DNA from: Eledone cirrhosa
Taxonomy: Eukaryota
Reading direction: 5' to 3'
DNA: 64,000 bases
Assembly (NCBI GenBank): GCA_964016885.1
Contig: OZ024766.1
Location: forward strand, 15,934,001 to 15,998,000
Both the position numbers and the translations under genes were made by a program. Positions 35,201 through 50,122 of this stretch are shown here, in pieces. The first letter of the stretch is position 1. Each line of letters opens with the position of its first letter. The notes under the pieces were generated by a model. That model made no database searches. It saw only the letters and a program-made list of their open reading frames with translations, and was not told where the DNA came from.

Positions 35201-37775
35201 TCCCGTGACTGCTCCTTGTAGTCTCTTCTTCCAATGTCAGTTGTCATACAGGAGTCCATGGCTGTCTTATTTAACTGGCTACTCTAGTGACTGCTCCTAG
35301 TCTCTTCCAATGTCAGTTGTCATACAGGTGTCCATGGCTATCTTATTTAACTGGCTACTCCAGTGACTGCTCCTTCTAGTCCCTTCTTCCAATGTTAGTT
35401 GTCATACAGGTGCCCATGGCTGTCTTATTTAACTGGCCACTCCAGTGACTGCTCCTTCTAGTCTCTTCTTCCAATGTCAGTTGTCATACAGGTGTCCATG
35501 GCTGTCTTATTTAACTGGCTACTCCAGTGACTGCTCCTTCTAGTCCCTTCTTCCAATGTCAGTTGTCATACAGGTGTCCATGGCTGTCTTATTTAACTGG
35601 CTACTCCAGTGACTGCTCCTTCTAGTCCCTTCTTCCAATGTTAGTTGTCATACAGGTGCCCATGGCTGTCTTATTTAACTGGCCACTCCAGTGACTGCTC
35701 CTTCTAGTCTCTTCTTCCAATGTCAGTTGTCATACAGGTGTCCATGGCTGTCTTACTTAACTGGCTACTCCAGTGACTGCTCCTTCTAGTCTCTTCTTCC
35801 AATGTCAGTTGTCATACAGGTGTCCATGGCTGTCTTATTTAACTGGCCACTCCAGTGACTGCTCCCTCTAGTCCCTTCTTCCAATGTCAGTTGTCATCCA
35901 GGAGTCCATGGCTGTCTTATTTAACTGGCTACTCCAGTGACTGCTCCTTCTAGTCCCTTCTTCCAATGTCAGTTGTCATACAGGAGTCCATGGATGTCTT
36001 ACTTAACTGGCTACTCCAGTGACTGCTCCTTCTAGTCTCTTCTTCCAATGTCAGTTGTCATACAGGAGTCCATGGCTGTCTTATTTACCTGGCTACTCCA
36101 GTGACTGCTCCCGCTAGTCCCTTCTTCCAATGTCAATTGTCATACAGGTGTCCATGGCTGTCTTATTTAACCGGCTACTCCAGTGTCTGCTCCTTCTAGT
36201 CCCTTCTTCCAATGTCAGTTGTCATACAGGTGTCCATGGCTGTCTTATTTAACTGGCTACTCCAGTGACTGCTCCTTCTAGTCCCTTCTTCCAATGTCAG
36301 TTGTCATACAGGTGTCCATGGCTGTCTTATTTAACTGTCCACTCCAGTGACTGCTCCTTCTAGTCTCTCTTTCCAATGTCAGTTGTCATACAGGAGTCCA
36401 TGGCTGTCTTATTTAACTGGCTACTCCAGTGACTGCTCCTTCTAGTCCCTTCTTCCAATGTCAGTTGTCATACAGGAGTCCATGGCTGTCTTATTTACCT
36501 GGCTACTCCAGTGACTGCTCCTTGTAGTCCCTTCTTCCAATGTCAGTTGTCATACAGGTGTCCATGGCTGTCTTATTTAACTGGCTACTCCCGTGACTGC
36601 TCCTTGTAGTCTCTTCTTCCAATGTCAGTTGTCATACAGGAGTCCATGGCTGTCTTATTGAACTGGCTACTCTAGTGACTGCTCCTAGTCTCTTCCAATG
36701 TCAGTTGTCATACAGGTGTCCATGGCTGTCTTATATAACTAGCTACTCCAGTGATTGCTCTTTCTAGTCTATTCTTCCAATGTCAGTTGTCATACAGGAG
36801 TCCATGGCTGTATTATATAACTGGCTACTCCAGTGACTGTTCCTTCTAGTCTCTTCTTCCAATGTCAGTTGTCATACAGGAGTCCATGGCTGTCTTATAT
36901 AACTGGCTACTCCAGTGACTGTTCCTTCTAGTCTCTTCTTCCAATGTCAGTTGTCATACAGGAGTCCATGGCTGTCTTATTTAACTGGCTACTGCAGTGA
37001 CTGCTCCTTCTAGTCTCTTCTTCCAATGTCAGTTGTCATACAGGAGTCCATGGCTGTCTTATTTAACTGGCTACTGCAGTGACTGTTCCTTCTAGTCTCT
37101 TCTTCCAATGTCAGTTGTCATACAGGAGTCCATGGCTGTCTTATATAACTGGCTACTCCAGTGACTGTTCCTTCTAGTCTCTTCTTCCAATGTCAGTTGT
37201 CATACAGGAGTCCATGGCTGTCTTATTTAACTGGCTACTGCAGTGACTGCTCCTTCTAGTCTCTTCTTCCAATGTCAGTTGTCATACAGGTGTCCATGAC
37301 TGTCTTATTTAACTGGCTACTCCAGTGACTGCTCCTTCTTGTCTCTTCTTCCAATGTCGATTGCCATGCAGGAGTTGATGTTCTTTAGATACTTCTCGGT
37401 ATGTGCTGCACTCTCCCTCCAAATCACCTGAGATCCTCAAATGACGTTGGTCCTTGAACAATATGCAGAAGTGGCTGTAAATAAAAACTCTCTCTGTTGT
37501 TGGGGTGGTCATTGTAAACATGCCCAATAGCATCACTTGCCTTGACTTCATCACCTTCCACTAAATGACCCTGCTTCCTTTGATTCCAAGTCTTACAATT
37601 GGTCCATGTGTAGTATTTTGGGATGTCAGCATATAGGAGGGATCGAACAATTTCTTTATTCTGGCAGTGTTTCAAAAAAGCAGTTAGAGTAGTGTCAGGT
37701 GGTGCTGGTGTCAACTGATGAGCAGTGGTTTCAGTGAAGTACACACTCTGTCCATTTTCTATATGTATAGAGATA
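32287..37775 (-). pseudogene. Helitron RepHel fragment split by a 4.7-kb minisatellite, cassette 4
   Basis: ORFs 37424..37789, 37309..37554 and 32459..32698 carry the same motifs on either side of the array. Confidence 0.85.
32646..37357. repeat. 82-bp minisatellite, about 57 copies with higher-order structure
   Basis: Same unit; a shortened variant monomer recurs at 33971, 35277 and 36665. Confidence 0.97.
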
Positions 37776-38667
37776 AGGATGAAAAGCAAAGTTAATCCCT
37801 CAGAGGTTAGCTTTGCCTTTCATCCCTACGGGGTCGGTAAAATAAAGTACCAGTAATGTACTAGGGTATTGCTGGCCTTGTGCCTAATGTAGAAACAATT
37901 ATTACGGGGTCGATAAAATAAAGTACCAGTAATTCACTGGGGTATTTACTGGCCTTGTGCCTAAAGTAGAAACAATTATTACGGGGTCGATAAAATAAAG
38001 TACCAGTAATACACTGGTGGAATTGCTGGCCTTGTGCCAAAATTAGAAACAATTATCACATTTCTTTTTAATAAATCACATCACTATAGAATTAAATACG
38101 ACTGGAAATGTCTGTGAAGGTACTAAATTATGTCAGGGACTTGTCACGTTTGACACCGTACGAGAGTCGAAACATTCGCTAAGACACCGAGTACCTGCTG
38201 TCTTCGTTATAACTTTAATTAATCTAATTATATCTTGTGTAACAATTATATATATATACACACACACAATTTTAATTCCCCGACATCAGTCTTACACTGT
38301 CATATCTATTCTTACTTTACAATTGTGTCTACTAAGAGTTCCATTACAATCTATAGTAGTAAAACTACTATTTCACCAGAACATCTGCTCTCAGTCATTT
38401 ATAGACAATATATATATATTTTAGACCACATATCAACCTAATATATATATTTCCTATCAAATCTGTAGCTAAAGACATAAAGTCAGCCTCACTACTTCAT
38501 TCTGACAAGATATCAATTTATGACTAAAGATGAAGAAGATACACCAACGTTAATGTCGTGAAATAAAGCTGATAACATTGAAACTTCTAATTTGATAACA
38601 AAGAGATTATTTCTTTGGTTGTTTAGTAACAACTAACAACACAATACCTTGATTATATGTGAAGGAG

Positions 38668-40472
38668 GTAAGTTGACAAAGATTTACTTAATCTCTATAT
38701 TAATGTGTGTAAATAATATAATTATGTGACCCCTACAACGACCAGTAATTAACCAGATTCCACTGTTACATGTGATATAAAATATATTGTTATCATGACT
38801 GTCTTTATTATCTAAATTACCTCCGTCTATTTAATTATCTTGTTCACTACCTTACATTATAAAATATAGTTTATATTTAGCTGTACCTTCTTATTGCTTT
38901 AAGTAAGTTAAGGATATATTTATTATTTAAATTACCTCCGTCTATTTAATTATCTTGTTCACTACCTTACATTATAAAATATAGTTTATATTTAGCTGTA
39001 CCTTGTCATTGCTTTAAGTAAATTAAAGATATATTTATTATTTAAATTACCTCCGTCTATTTAATTATGTGGTTCACTACCTTACATTATAAAATATAGT
39101 TTATATTTAGCTGTACCTTGTTGTTGCTTTAAGTAAATTAATATTTTGTGGATTTTAGTCTAAACCTCTTACAATTTAATTAACTTCATCTACTTATGGT
39201 TGAACATTACTTTATTGTGGGTTTCATTTCATTATAATTATGTCTGAGTTAGCCAGCCAAGTAGGGGTTGAGTATCTGTATTTCAGGGCACTGCTTTGAT
39301 GGTGAAGGGACATCTGTTGGTGTGGGATCTCGGTGGCTGTACATACTAAGGTTCTAATACTCTAAAGAGCTAGCTGAATAACCGTCTGATACATGTCTTG
39401 TATACAGGATCATAAAGCCATGTATAGAAGAGCAGTCAGCAATGTCAGGATTAACATTCATTATAGTGAAGTGGCAGTATCGGTAGAGAGTCGGACACCA
39501 TGCTTTGAGGCACAGAGTTACGTCCCTTTGTGATCTGAGTTCACATCCAGCCGAGGTTAACTTTGCCTTACATCCATACAGGGTCGATAAAATAAAGTAC
39601 CAGTAATGTACTGGTTAATTGCTGGCCTTGTGTTTAAAATAGAAACAATTATAGTGAATAATTTGGAGTGTAGTCTGGTGTCCACCAGGGCTCTGTTCTT
39701 AGCCCTCACTTAGTTATTATCGTCCTGCAGCCTATAACAGAGATGTTTAAGACTGGCTGCCCATGGGCACTCCTGTATGCTCAGCAGGTCCTGAAGAATG
39801 CGATCATGTGCATTTTCAAGGTCTATAAAACGATAATATATACCTCTTAGCAATACTCCCACGATTTCTCAAAGACCTGCCACAGTGTGAATATTTGGTG
39901 GGTTATGTTGCACCCAGGGAGAAAACAGCACTGTCCATCAGCTAGCTTCGACTCGCTACATCACTTTGCCAGAAACTTAGCATATACTTTACCAGGGAGG
40001 CTTAACAAGGTGATCCCTCTCTATTTGGAACAATCTCTCGTGTCTACCTTTTTATAAATTGGGATTATTACTCCCGAGTGCCATTTCAGAGACCCAGGCT
40101 ACCTGACACACATGAGTCGGTCACATTTGAGCTCTTTAATTGCTCTTGTGACCTCAGCCTCCGAGAGATTAGTCACCGCTATCAGATTCACCTCATGTAC
40201 ATCCGAAGATGCTGTTGTGATCGGGTTTGGGAGATCAGCAAAGTATTCTCTCCACCTCATGAGGATCCATCTCTCTGAAGAGAAGAGAACCCCAGATGCA
40301 CTCATGGTTGCAGGTGCGGAGGAAGAATTCTTGTAACTAATTAAAAACTAAAATAATTTGATTTTTCAATAAAAAGTTTCCAGGGTTTATAGATGTAAAA
40401 TTTCCACTGTTAAATCTATCTCTGCTTCTTAAGTATTCTCTATTATCTCATACTGTTTCTTTTTCATTTCAG
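38668..40472 (+). other. Putative 5'-UTR intron of ZNF gene 4 (3 copies of the 115-bp repeat)
   Basis: GAG|GTAAGT ... tttcatttcAG. Confidence 0.7.
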
Positions 40473-40840
40473 AATATCAGATGACATTGGGATAAATTAT
40501 TATTTTCAATCTTGGATACATCACCTCTATTTATCATCATTTGAAGAGTAAAACTTTTTAAACAGAACTTATATAACACTGTTTATACAAATCTATCATA
40601 TATTTCCTCAGAACTGAGTTTAAAGCCAAAATTTCTTTTCTTCACTGTGTGGTGTATATATGAGATATATATTTTGTATTTTAACTCAGCTTCAATGACA
40701 AAGAAGTTTGCATCATCTTCAGGTATTAACTGAGATCATAATTGAGCGAAATATAACAGAAGAAATATTTTTTAGGAATATAATATAAAAAATATTAAAG
40801 AATAACATCTGTAAATTCTGCCAAGGGAAGAAGAATTATT

Positions 40841-42118
40841 ATGGAAAATAAATTGAGTGAAAAGAAGATTAAATGTGAAACAATGACTAAAGATATGGCT
40901 ATTACAGAAGAGATGTCAAAGGATAGAGGAGAGAAGCCATATCACTGTGATGTGTGTGGTAAATCATTCTCTCAAAGTAGTACCTTAACTAGACACAAAC
41001 GTACACATACGGGAGAGAAGCCATACCACTGTGATATCTGTGGTAAATCATTCTCTCATAGTAGTAATTTAACTAGCCACATGCGTATACATACAGGTGA
41101 CGAACCACATCACTGTGATATCTGTGGTAAATCATTCTCTCGAAGTATTATATTAACTAGCCACATGCGTATACATACAGGTGACAAGCCATATCACTGT
41201 GATATCTGTGGTAAATCATTCTCTCATAGTAGTAATTTAACTAGCCACATGCGTATACATACAGGTGACAAGCCATATCACTGTGATATCTGTGGTAAAT
41301 CATTCTCTCGAAGTATTATATTAACTAGCCACATGCGTATACATACAGGTGACAAGCCATATCACTGTGATATCTGTGGTAAATCATTCTCTGAAAGTGG
41401 TCACTTAACTAGCCACAAACGTACACATACAAGAGAGAAGCCATATCACTGTGATATCTGTGGTAAATCATTTTCTCAGAGTAATGCCTTAACTAGACAC
41501 AAACGTATACATACAGGAGACACGCCATATCACTGTGATATCTGTGGTAAATCATTCTCTGAAAGTGGTAACTTAACTAGCCACAAACGTATACATCCGG
41601 GAGACAAGCCGTTTCACTGTGATATCTGTGGTAAATCATTCTCTGATAGTAGTACATTAACTAGACACAAACGTACACATACAGGAGAGAAGCCATATCA
41701 CTGTGATATCTGTGGTAAATCATTCTCTGAAAGTAGTACCTTAACTAGCCACAAACGTATCCATACAGGTGAGAAGCCATACCACTGTGATATCTGTGGT
41801 AAATCGTTCTCTCAAAGTAGTCACTTAACTAAACACATACGTATCCATACAGGAGACACGCCATATCACTGTGATATCTGTGGTAAATCATTCTCTCAAA
41901 GTAGTAACTTAACTAGCCACAAACTTATACATACAGGAGACAAGCCATACCACTGTGATATCTGTGGTAAATCATTCTCTCAAAGTAGTCCCTTAACTCA
42001 ACACTTACGTATCCATACAGGTGAGAAGCCACATCACTGTGATATCTGTGGTAAATCATTCTCTCAATTAAGTTATTTAACTAAACACAAATTTACCCAT
42101 ACAGGTAAGAAACCATAA
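40841..42118 (+). CDS. Poly-C2H2 zinc-finger protein, 14 fingers (gene 4)
   Basis: 425 aa = 33 + 14x28. Confidence 0.95.
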   Translation: MENKLSEKKIKCETMTKDMAITEEMSKDRGEKPYHCDVCGKSFSQSSTLTRHKRTHTGEKPYHCDICGKSFSHSSNLTSHMRIHTGDEPHHCDICGKSFSRSIILTSHMRIHTGDKPYHCDICGKSFSHSSNLTSHMRIHTGDKPYHCDICGKSFSRSIILTSHMRIHTGDKPYHCDICGKSFSESGHLTSHKRTHTREKPYHCDICGKSFSQSNALTRHKRIHTGDTPYHCDICGKSFSESGNLTSHKRIHPGDKPFHCDICGKSFSDSSTLTRHKRTHTGEKPYHCDICGKSFSESSTLTSHKRIHTGEKPYHCDICGKSFSQSSHLTKHIRIHTGDTPYHCDICGKSFSQSSNLTSHKLIHTGDKPYHCDICGKSFSQSSPLTQHLRIHTGEKPHHCDICGKSFSQLSYLTKHKFTHTGKKP

Positions 42119-43450
42119 CAAAGTCATATCTCATTGTCTCAAAATTGTAAATTAATTAGACACAAATACATTCATATGAGTGAGAAGCCATACCACTGTG
42201 ATATTGTGGAGAAATTATTCTCTTGTATTGCTACATTAACTACATACAAACATAAATATATACTGGAGAAAAGCCATATCACTGTGATATCTGTGGGAAA
42301 TTGTTATCTATAAAAGCTAGCTTAACTAGACACAAACATATATATACAGGAGAGAAACTATATCACTGTGATATCTGTGGGAAATCATTCTCTGAAATAA
42401 GTCACTTCACTCAGCACTAACATTTACAGAAAAGGAACCATATCACTGTGATATCTGCAGTAAATCATTCTCTAAATGTTGTGACTTCACTAGACACTAA
42501 CATATACAGGAGATGAACTATATCACTGTGATGTCTGTGGTAAATCATTTTCTAAATGTTCTGGTACCAACATAAGGTTACTTAATGTAACACAGACACA
42601 ATCAGACAAGATAAAAACCATGTCACTCACCCAAAATAGTGCCACCAATGTTGTTAATGTCTTGAATAAAACTTGTTTGTTCTGAAATTATTCTCCTTTC
42701 ATTTTATTTGTAGAAGTTGTAACCAAGACTTGTGCTGACAAATCTATATGGTACAGAATTTACAAACACTGTATATATATATATGTGCCAAAACATCTAT
42801 GATCTCGGTTTACAGCTGATGAAGGGTTTCTTCTCTCCTTTCATCCATATTACCATCTTAAACTTTGTTTACAGTAACCACACAGCTCCTTTCGTTTCTT
42901 ATAATTTTATATATATATGACAAAGTAAGTGTGGTAAAGAACCAGATGGACCATATACGCACCAGAGTACTCGATACTTAGGGTAGTAGAGCGGGTAATA
43001 GGAAAATGTTTAACCCCGACGGCAGAGCTCAGTCCGTTTCGACGGCTATTTCTGGAAACAGTCCAGAAATAACCGTCAAAATGGCTTGAGCTCTGCCGTC
43101 GGGGTTAAACATTTTCCTATATATATATATATATATATATATGTATGAGTGTATATGTCAGTGTGTAGAAGTTTCTGTCCATGAAAATGATTATCTGTAT
43201 TTGTGTATATGTGTGTGTGTATATATGTATGTGTATGTTTATATGTGTTCTTATATACATGTGTGCACATCTTGATATATTTTCAGTGTCTGTTCTAGTT
43301 CTCAGAGTACAAATCCCACTGAGGTAAATTTGCTTCGATATTTTGAGGCCAATAAATGAAATACCAGTGAAATACTGGGGTGGTTAATTACTCTTCTTTG
43401 TCATTGTCTGTTTGTCTACTCTTCTCTTTCTCTGTATTTATATATATATA

Positions 43451-43646
43451 TCCAAAATTAAGATAAATTAAAATAAAATTAATGTAAATCAAATTATGGG
43501 AGTCATGCCAGAAAGACATGTGACATATCACCCGTAAAATAAGCTCCATGGAGCTTATTTTATGGGTGATATGGCGCATGTCTTTCTGGCATGCCACCCA
43601 TAATTTGATATAGATTAATTTTATTTTAATTTATCTTAATTTTGGA
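43451..43646. repeat. Palindrome B (196 bp, no spacer)
   Basis: Centre aaaataagctcca|tggagcttatttt. Confidence 0.9.
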
Positions 43647-44101
43647 TATATATATATATAAATAGGGCCTCTTAATTGTAGAGCTAACTCTGTTGAAAGA
43701 ACCTGACTGCTGTTTCTAGTTGTCAATAACCCAATTCACGCCACTGGGACGAAGCTGGTATGATGTGTGTATATTTAGTAGATACAGCACGTGTTACTGG
43801 TCAGTCGCTGATTTGAACTTGATGCGTAAACACAGATGGTTGGACTTCTTCCTTGTTGAGAATCCAAGATCTGGCTACTGTCGTTTACCAATCGATTAAT
43901 TGGTGAAATATATTTCTTTAATGGAATATATACAAGGAAGATTAATCGTTTTCTAAGGTATCTATTTTTGAAGTTCTAGTTAAACTTTATTTAGTTACCT
44001 ACCTAGCTATGTGTGCTTACACACATTTACAAATTATCCCCTGTGATTGTTTCATATGTTTATTTATATGTCAATCAATTTCTAGTTGATATATATATAT
44101 A

Positions 44102-46625
44102 TCCATGGCTGTCTTATTTAACTGACTACTCCAGTGACTGCTCCTTCTAGTCTCTTCTTCCAATGTCAGTTGTCATACAGGTGTCCATGGCTGTCTTATT
44201 TAACTAGCTACTCCAGTGACTGCTCCTTCTAGTCCCTTCTTCCAATGTCAGTTGTCATACAGGTGTCCATGGCCATATTATTTAACTGGCTACTCCAGTG
44301 ACTGCTCCTTCTAGTCTCTTCTTCCAATGTCAGTTGTCATACAGGAGTCCATGGCTGTCTTATTTAACTGGCTACTCCAGTGACTGCTCCTTCTAATCCC
44401 TTCTTCCAATGTCAGTTGTCATACAGGTGTGCATGGCTGTCTTATAAAACTAGCTACTCCAGTGACTGCTCCTTCTAGTCCATTCTTCCAATGTCAGTTG
44501 TCATACAGGTGTCCATGTCTGACTTATTTAACTGGCTACTCCAGTGACTGCTCCTTCTAGTCCCTTCTTCCAATGTCAGTTGTCATACAGGAGTCCATGG
44601 CTGTCTTATTTAACTGGCTACTCCAGTGATTGCTCCTTCTAATCCCTTCTTCCAATGTCAGTTGTCATACAGGTGTGCATGGCTGTCTTATAAAACTAGC
44701 TACTCCAGTGACTGCTCCTTCTAGTCCATTCTTCCAATGTCAGTTGTCATACAGGTGTCCATGGCTGTCTTATTTAACTGGCTACTCCAGTGACTGCTCC
44801 TTCTGGTCCCTTCTTCCAATGTCAGTTGTCATACAGGAGTCCATGGCTGTCTTATTTAACTGGCTACTCCAGTGATTGCTCTTTCTAGTCTCTTCTTCCA
44901 ATGTCAGTTGTCATACAGTTGTCCATGGCTGTCTTATTTAACTGGCTACTCCAGTGATTGCTCTTTCTAGTCTCTTCTTCCAATGTCAGTTGTCATACAG
45001 GTGTCCATGGCTGTCTTATTTAACTAGCTACTCCAGTGACTGCTCCTTCTAGTCCCTTCTTCCAATGTCAGTTGTCATACAGGTGTCCGTGGCCATATTA
45101 TTTAACTGGCTACTCCAGTGTCTGCTCCTTCTAGTCCCTTCTTCCAATGTCAGTTGTCATACAGGTGTCCATGGCTGTCTTATTTAACTAGCTACTCCAG
45201 TGACTGCTCCTTCTAGTCTCTTCTTCCAATGTCAGTTGTCATACAGGTGTCCATGACTGTCTTATTTAACTGGCTACTCCAGTGACTGCTCCTTCTAGTC
45301 CCTTCTTCCAATGTCAGTTGTCATACAGGTGTCCATGGCTGTCTTATTTAACTGTCCACTCCAGTGACAGCTCCTTCTAGTCTCTCTTTCCAATGTCAGT
45401 TGTCATACAGGAGTCCATGGCTGTCTTATTTAACTGGCTACTCCAGTGACTGCTCCTTCTAGTCTCTCTTTCCAATGTCAGTTGTCATACAGGAGTCCAT
45501 GGCTGTCTTATTTAATTGGCCACTCCAGTGACTGCTCCCTCTAGTCCCTTCTTCCAATGTCAGTTGTCATACAGGAGTCCATGGCTGTCTTATTTAACTG
45601 GCCACTCCAGTGACTGCTCCTTCTAGTCTCTCTTTCCAATGTCAGTTGTCATACAGGAGTCCATGGCTGTCTTATTTAACTGGCTACTCCAGTGACTGCT
45701 CCTTCCAGTCTCTTCTTCCAATGTTAGTTGTCATACAGGTGTCCATGGCTGTCTTATTTAATTGGCCACTCCAGTGACTGCTCCCTCTAGTCCCTTCTTC
45801 CAATGTCAGTTGTCATACAGGAGTCCATGGCTGTCTTATTTAACTGGCTACTCCAGTGACTGCTCCTTCTAGTCCCTTCTTCCAATCTCAGTTGTCATAC
45901 AGAAGTCCATGGCTGTCTTATTTAACTGGCTACTCCAGTGACTGCTCCTTCTAGTCCCTTATTCCAATATCAGTTGTCATATAGGTGTCCATGGCTGTTA
46001 TTTAACTGGCTACTCCAGTGACTGCTCCTTCTAGTCCCTTCTTCCAATGTTAGTTGTCATACAGGTGTCCATGACTGTCTTATTTAACTGGCTACTCCAG
46101 TGACTGCTCCCTCTAGTCTCTCTTTCCAATGTCAGTTGTCATACAGGAGTCCATGGCTGTCTTATTTAACTGGCTATTCCAGTGACTGCTCCTTCTAGTC
46201 CCTTCTTCCAATGTCAGTTGTCATACAGGTGTCCATGGCTGTCTTATTTAGCTGGCTACTCCAGTGACTGCTCCTTCTAGTCCCTTCTTCGAATGTTAGT
46301 TGTCATACAGGAGTCCATGACTGTCTTATTTAAATGGCTACTCCAGTGACTGCTCCTTCTAGTCCCTTCTGCCAATGTCAGTTGTCATACAGAAGTCCAT
46401 GGCTGTCTTATTTAAATGGCTACTCCAGTGACTGCTCCTTCTAGTCTCTTCTTCCAATCGCAGTTGTCATACAGAAGTCCATGGCTGTCTTATTTAACTG
46501 GCTACTCCAGTGACTGCTCCTTCTAGTCCCTTCTTCCAATGTCAGTTGTCATACAGGAGTCCATGGCTGTCTTATTTAACTGGCTACTCCAGTGACTGCC
46601 CCTTCTAGTCTCTTCTTCCAATATC
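44102..46625. repeat. 82-bp minisatellite, about 31 copies
   Basis: Same unit; left end fused directly to the (TA)n tract. Confidence 0.97.
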
Positions 46626-47042
46626 AATTGCCATGCAGAATTTGATGTTCTTTAGATGCTTCTTGTTATTTGCTGCACTCTTCCACCAAATCACCTGAGA
46701 TCCCCAAATGACATTGGTCCTCGAACAATAAGCAGAAGTGGCTGTAAATAAAAACTCTCTCTGTTGTTGGGGTGGTCATTGTAAACATGCCCAATAGCAT
46801 CACTTTCCTTGACTTCATCACCTTCCTCTAAATGACCCTGCTTCCTTTGATTCCAAGTCTTACAATTGGTCCAGGTGTAGTATTTTGGGATGTCAGCATA
46901 TAGGAGGGATCGAACAAATTCTTTATTCTGGCAGTGTTTCAAAAAAGCAGTTAGAGTAGTGTCAGGTGGTGCTGGTGTCAACTGATGAGCAGTGGTTTCA
47001 GTGAAGTACACACTCTGTCCATTTTCTATATGTATAGAGATA
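46626..47042 (-). pseudogene. Helitron RepHel fragment, cassette 5
   Basis: ORF 46691..47056 ...FYLQPLLLIVRGPMSFGDLR. Confidence 0.85.
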
Positions 47043-47854
47043 AGGATGAAAAGCAAAGTTAATCTCTCAGAGGTTAGCTTTGCCTTTCATCCCTACGGGG
47101 TCTGTAAAATAAAGTACCAGTAATGTCCTTGGGTATTGCTGGCCTTGTGCCTAATGTAGAAATAATTATTACAGGGTCGATAAAATAAAGTACCAGTAAT
47201 ATACTAGGGTAATTGCTGGCCTTGTGCCAAAAGTAGAAACAATTATCACATTTCTTTATAATAAATCACATCACTATAGAATTAAATACGACTGGAAATG
47301 TGTGTGAAAGTACAAATTATGTCAGGGACTTTTCACGTTTGACACCGAACGAGAGTCGAAACATTCGCTAAGACACCGAGTACCTGCTGTCTTCGTTATA
47401 ACTTTAATTAATCTAATTATATCTTGTGTAACAATTATATATATATACACACACAATTTTAATTCCCCGACATCAGTCTTACACTGTCATATATATTCTT
47501 ACTTTACAATTGTGTCTACTAAGAGTTCCATTACAATCTGTAGTAGTAAAACTACTATTTCACCAGAACATCTGCTATCAGTCATTTATAGACAATATAT
47601 ATATTTTAGACCACATATCAACCTAACATATATATATTTCCTATCTAATCTGTAGCTAAAGACATAAAGTCAGCCTCACTACTTCATTCTGACAAGATAT
47701 CAATTTATGACTAAAGATGAAGAAGATACACCAACGTTAATGTCGTGAAATAAAGCTGATAACATTGAAACTTCTAATTTGATAACAAAGAGATTATTTC
47801 TTTGGTTGTTTAGTAACAAGTAACAACACAACACATTGATTATATGTGAAGGAG

Positions 47855-50122
47855 GTAAGTTGACAAAGATTTACTTAATGTCTATATTAATGTGTGTAAA
47901 TAATATAATTATATGACCCCTACAACGATTCAGTAATTAACTAGATTCCACTGTTACATGTGATATAAAATATATTGTTATCATGACTGTCTTTATTATT
48001 TAAATTACCTCCGTCTATTTAATTATCTTGTTCACTACCTTACATTATAAAATATAGTTTATATTTAGCTGTACCTTGTTGTTGCTTTAAGTAAGCTAAA
48101 GATATCTTTATTATTTAAATTACCTCCGTCTATTTAATTATCTTGTTCACTACCTTACATTATAAAATATAGTTTATATTTAGCTGTACCTTCTCATTGC
48201 TTTAAGTAAGTTAAAGATATTTTTATTATCTAAATTACCTCCGTCTATTTAATTATGTGGTTCACTACCTTACATTATAAAATATAGTTTATATTTAGCT
48301 GTACCTTGTTATTGCTTTAAGTAAATTAAAGATATCTTTATTATTTAAATTACCTCCGTCTATTTAATTATCTTTTTCACTACCTTACATTATAAAATAT
48401 AGTTTATATTTAGCTGTACCTTGTTATTGATTTAAGTAAATTAAAGATATCTTTATTATTTAAATTACCTCCGTCTATTTATTTATCTTGTTCACTACCT
48501 TACGTTATAAAATATAGTTTATATTTAGCTGTACCTTGTCATTGCTTTAAGTAAATTAAAGATATATTTATTACTTAAATTACCTCCGTCTATTTAATTA
48601 TCTTGTTCACTACCTTACATTATAAAATATAGTTTATATTTAGCTGTACCTTGTTATTGCTTTAAGTAAATTAAAGATATATTTATTATTTAAATTACCT
48701 CCGTCTATTTAATTATGTGGTTCACTACCTTACATTATAAAATATATTTTATATTCAGCGATTCCTTTAAGCAAATTAATATTTTGTCTATTTTAGTCTA
48801 AATCTCTTACAATTTAATTAACTTCATCTACTTATGGTTGAACATTACTTTATTGTGGGTTTCATTTCATTATAATTATGTCTGAGTTAGCCAGCCAAGT
48901 AGGGGTTTAGTATCTGTATTTCAGGGAACTGCTTTGATGGTGAAGGGACATCTGTTGGTGTGGGATCTCGGTGGCTGTACATAATAAGGTTCTAATACTC
49001 TAAAGAGCTAGCCGAATAACCGTCTGATACATGTCTTGTATACAGGATCATAAAGCCATGTATAGAAGAGCAGTCAGCAATGTCAGGATTAACATTCATT
49101 ATAGTGAAGTGGCAGTATCGGTAGAGAGTCGGACACCATGCTTTGAGGCACAGAGTTACGTCCCTTTATGATCTGAGTTCAAATCCCGCCGAGGTTAACT
49201 TTGCCTTACATCCATACGGGTTCTATAAAATAAAGTATCAGTAATGTACTGGGTAATTGCTGGCCTTGTGTTTAAAATAGAAACAATTATAGTGAAGAAT
49301 TTGGAGTGTAGTCTGGTGTCCACCAGGGCTCTCTTCTTAGCCCTCACTTAGTTATTATCGTCCTGCAACCTATAACAGAGATGTTTAAGACTGGCTGCCC
49401 ATGGGAACTCCTGTATGCTCAGCAGGTCCTGAAGAATGCGGTCATGTGCATTTTCCAGTTCTATAAAACGATAATATATACCTCTTAGCAATACTCCCAC
49501 GATTTCTCAAAGACCTGCCACAGTTTGAATATTTGGTGGGTTATGTTGCACCCAGGGAGAAAACAGCACTGTCCATCAGCTAGCTTGGACTCGCTACATG
49601 ACTTTGCCAGAAACTTTGCATATACTTTACCAGGGAGTCTTAACAAGGTGATCCCTCTCTATTTGGGACAATCTCTCGTGTGTCCCTTTTTATAAATTGG
49701 GATTATCACTCCCGATTGCCTTGCTTGAGTGCCATTTCAGAGACCCAGGCCATCTGACACACATGAGTCGGTCACATTTGAGCTCTTTAATTGCTCTTGT
49801 GACCTCAGCCTCCGAGAGATTAGTCACCGCTATCAGATTCACCTCATGTACATCCGAAGATGCTGTTGTGATCGGGTTTGTGAGATCAGCAAAGTATTCT
49901 CTCCACCTCATGAGGATCCATCTCTCTGAAGAGAAAAGAACCCCAGATACACTCATGGTTGCAGGTGTGGAGAAAGATTTCTTGTAACTAATTAAAAACT
50001 AAAATAATTTGATTTTTCAATAAAAAGTTTCCAGGGTTTATAGATGTAAAATTTCCACTGTTAAATCTATCTCTGCTTCTTAAGTATTCTCTATTATTCA
50101 TACTGTTTCTTTTTCATTTCAG
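47855..50122 (+). other. Putative 5'-UTR intron of ZNF gene 5
   Basis: GAG|GTAAGT ... tttcatttcAG. Confidence 0.7.
47991..48780. repeat. 115-bp intronic repeat, 7 copies
   Basis: aattacctcc every 115 bp from 48003 to 48693. Confidence 0.93.
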
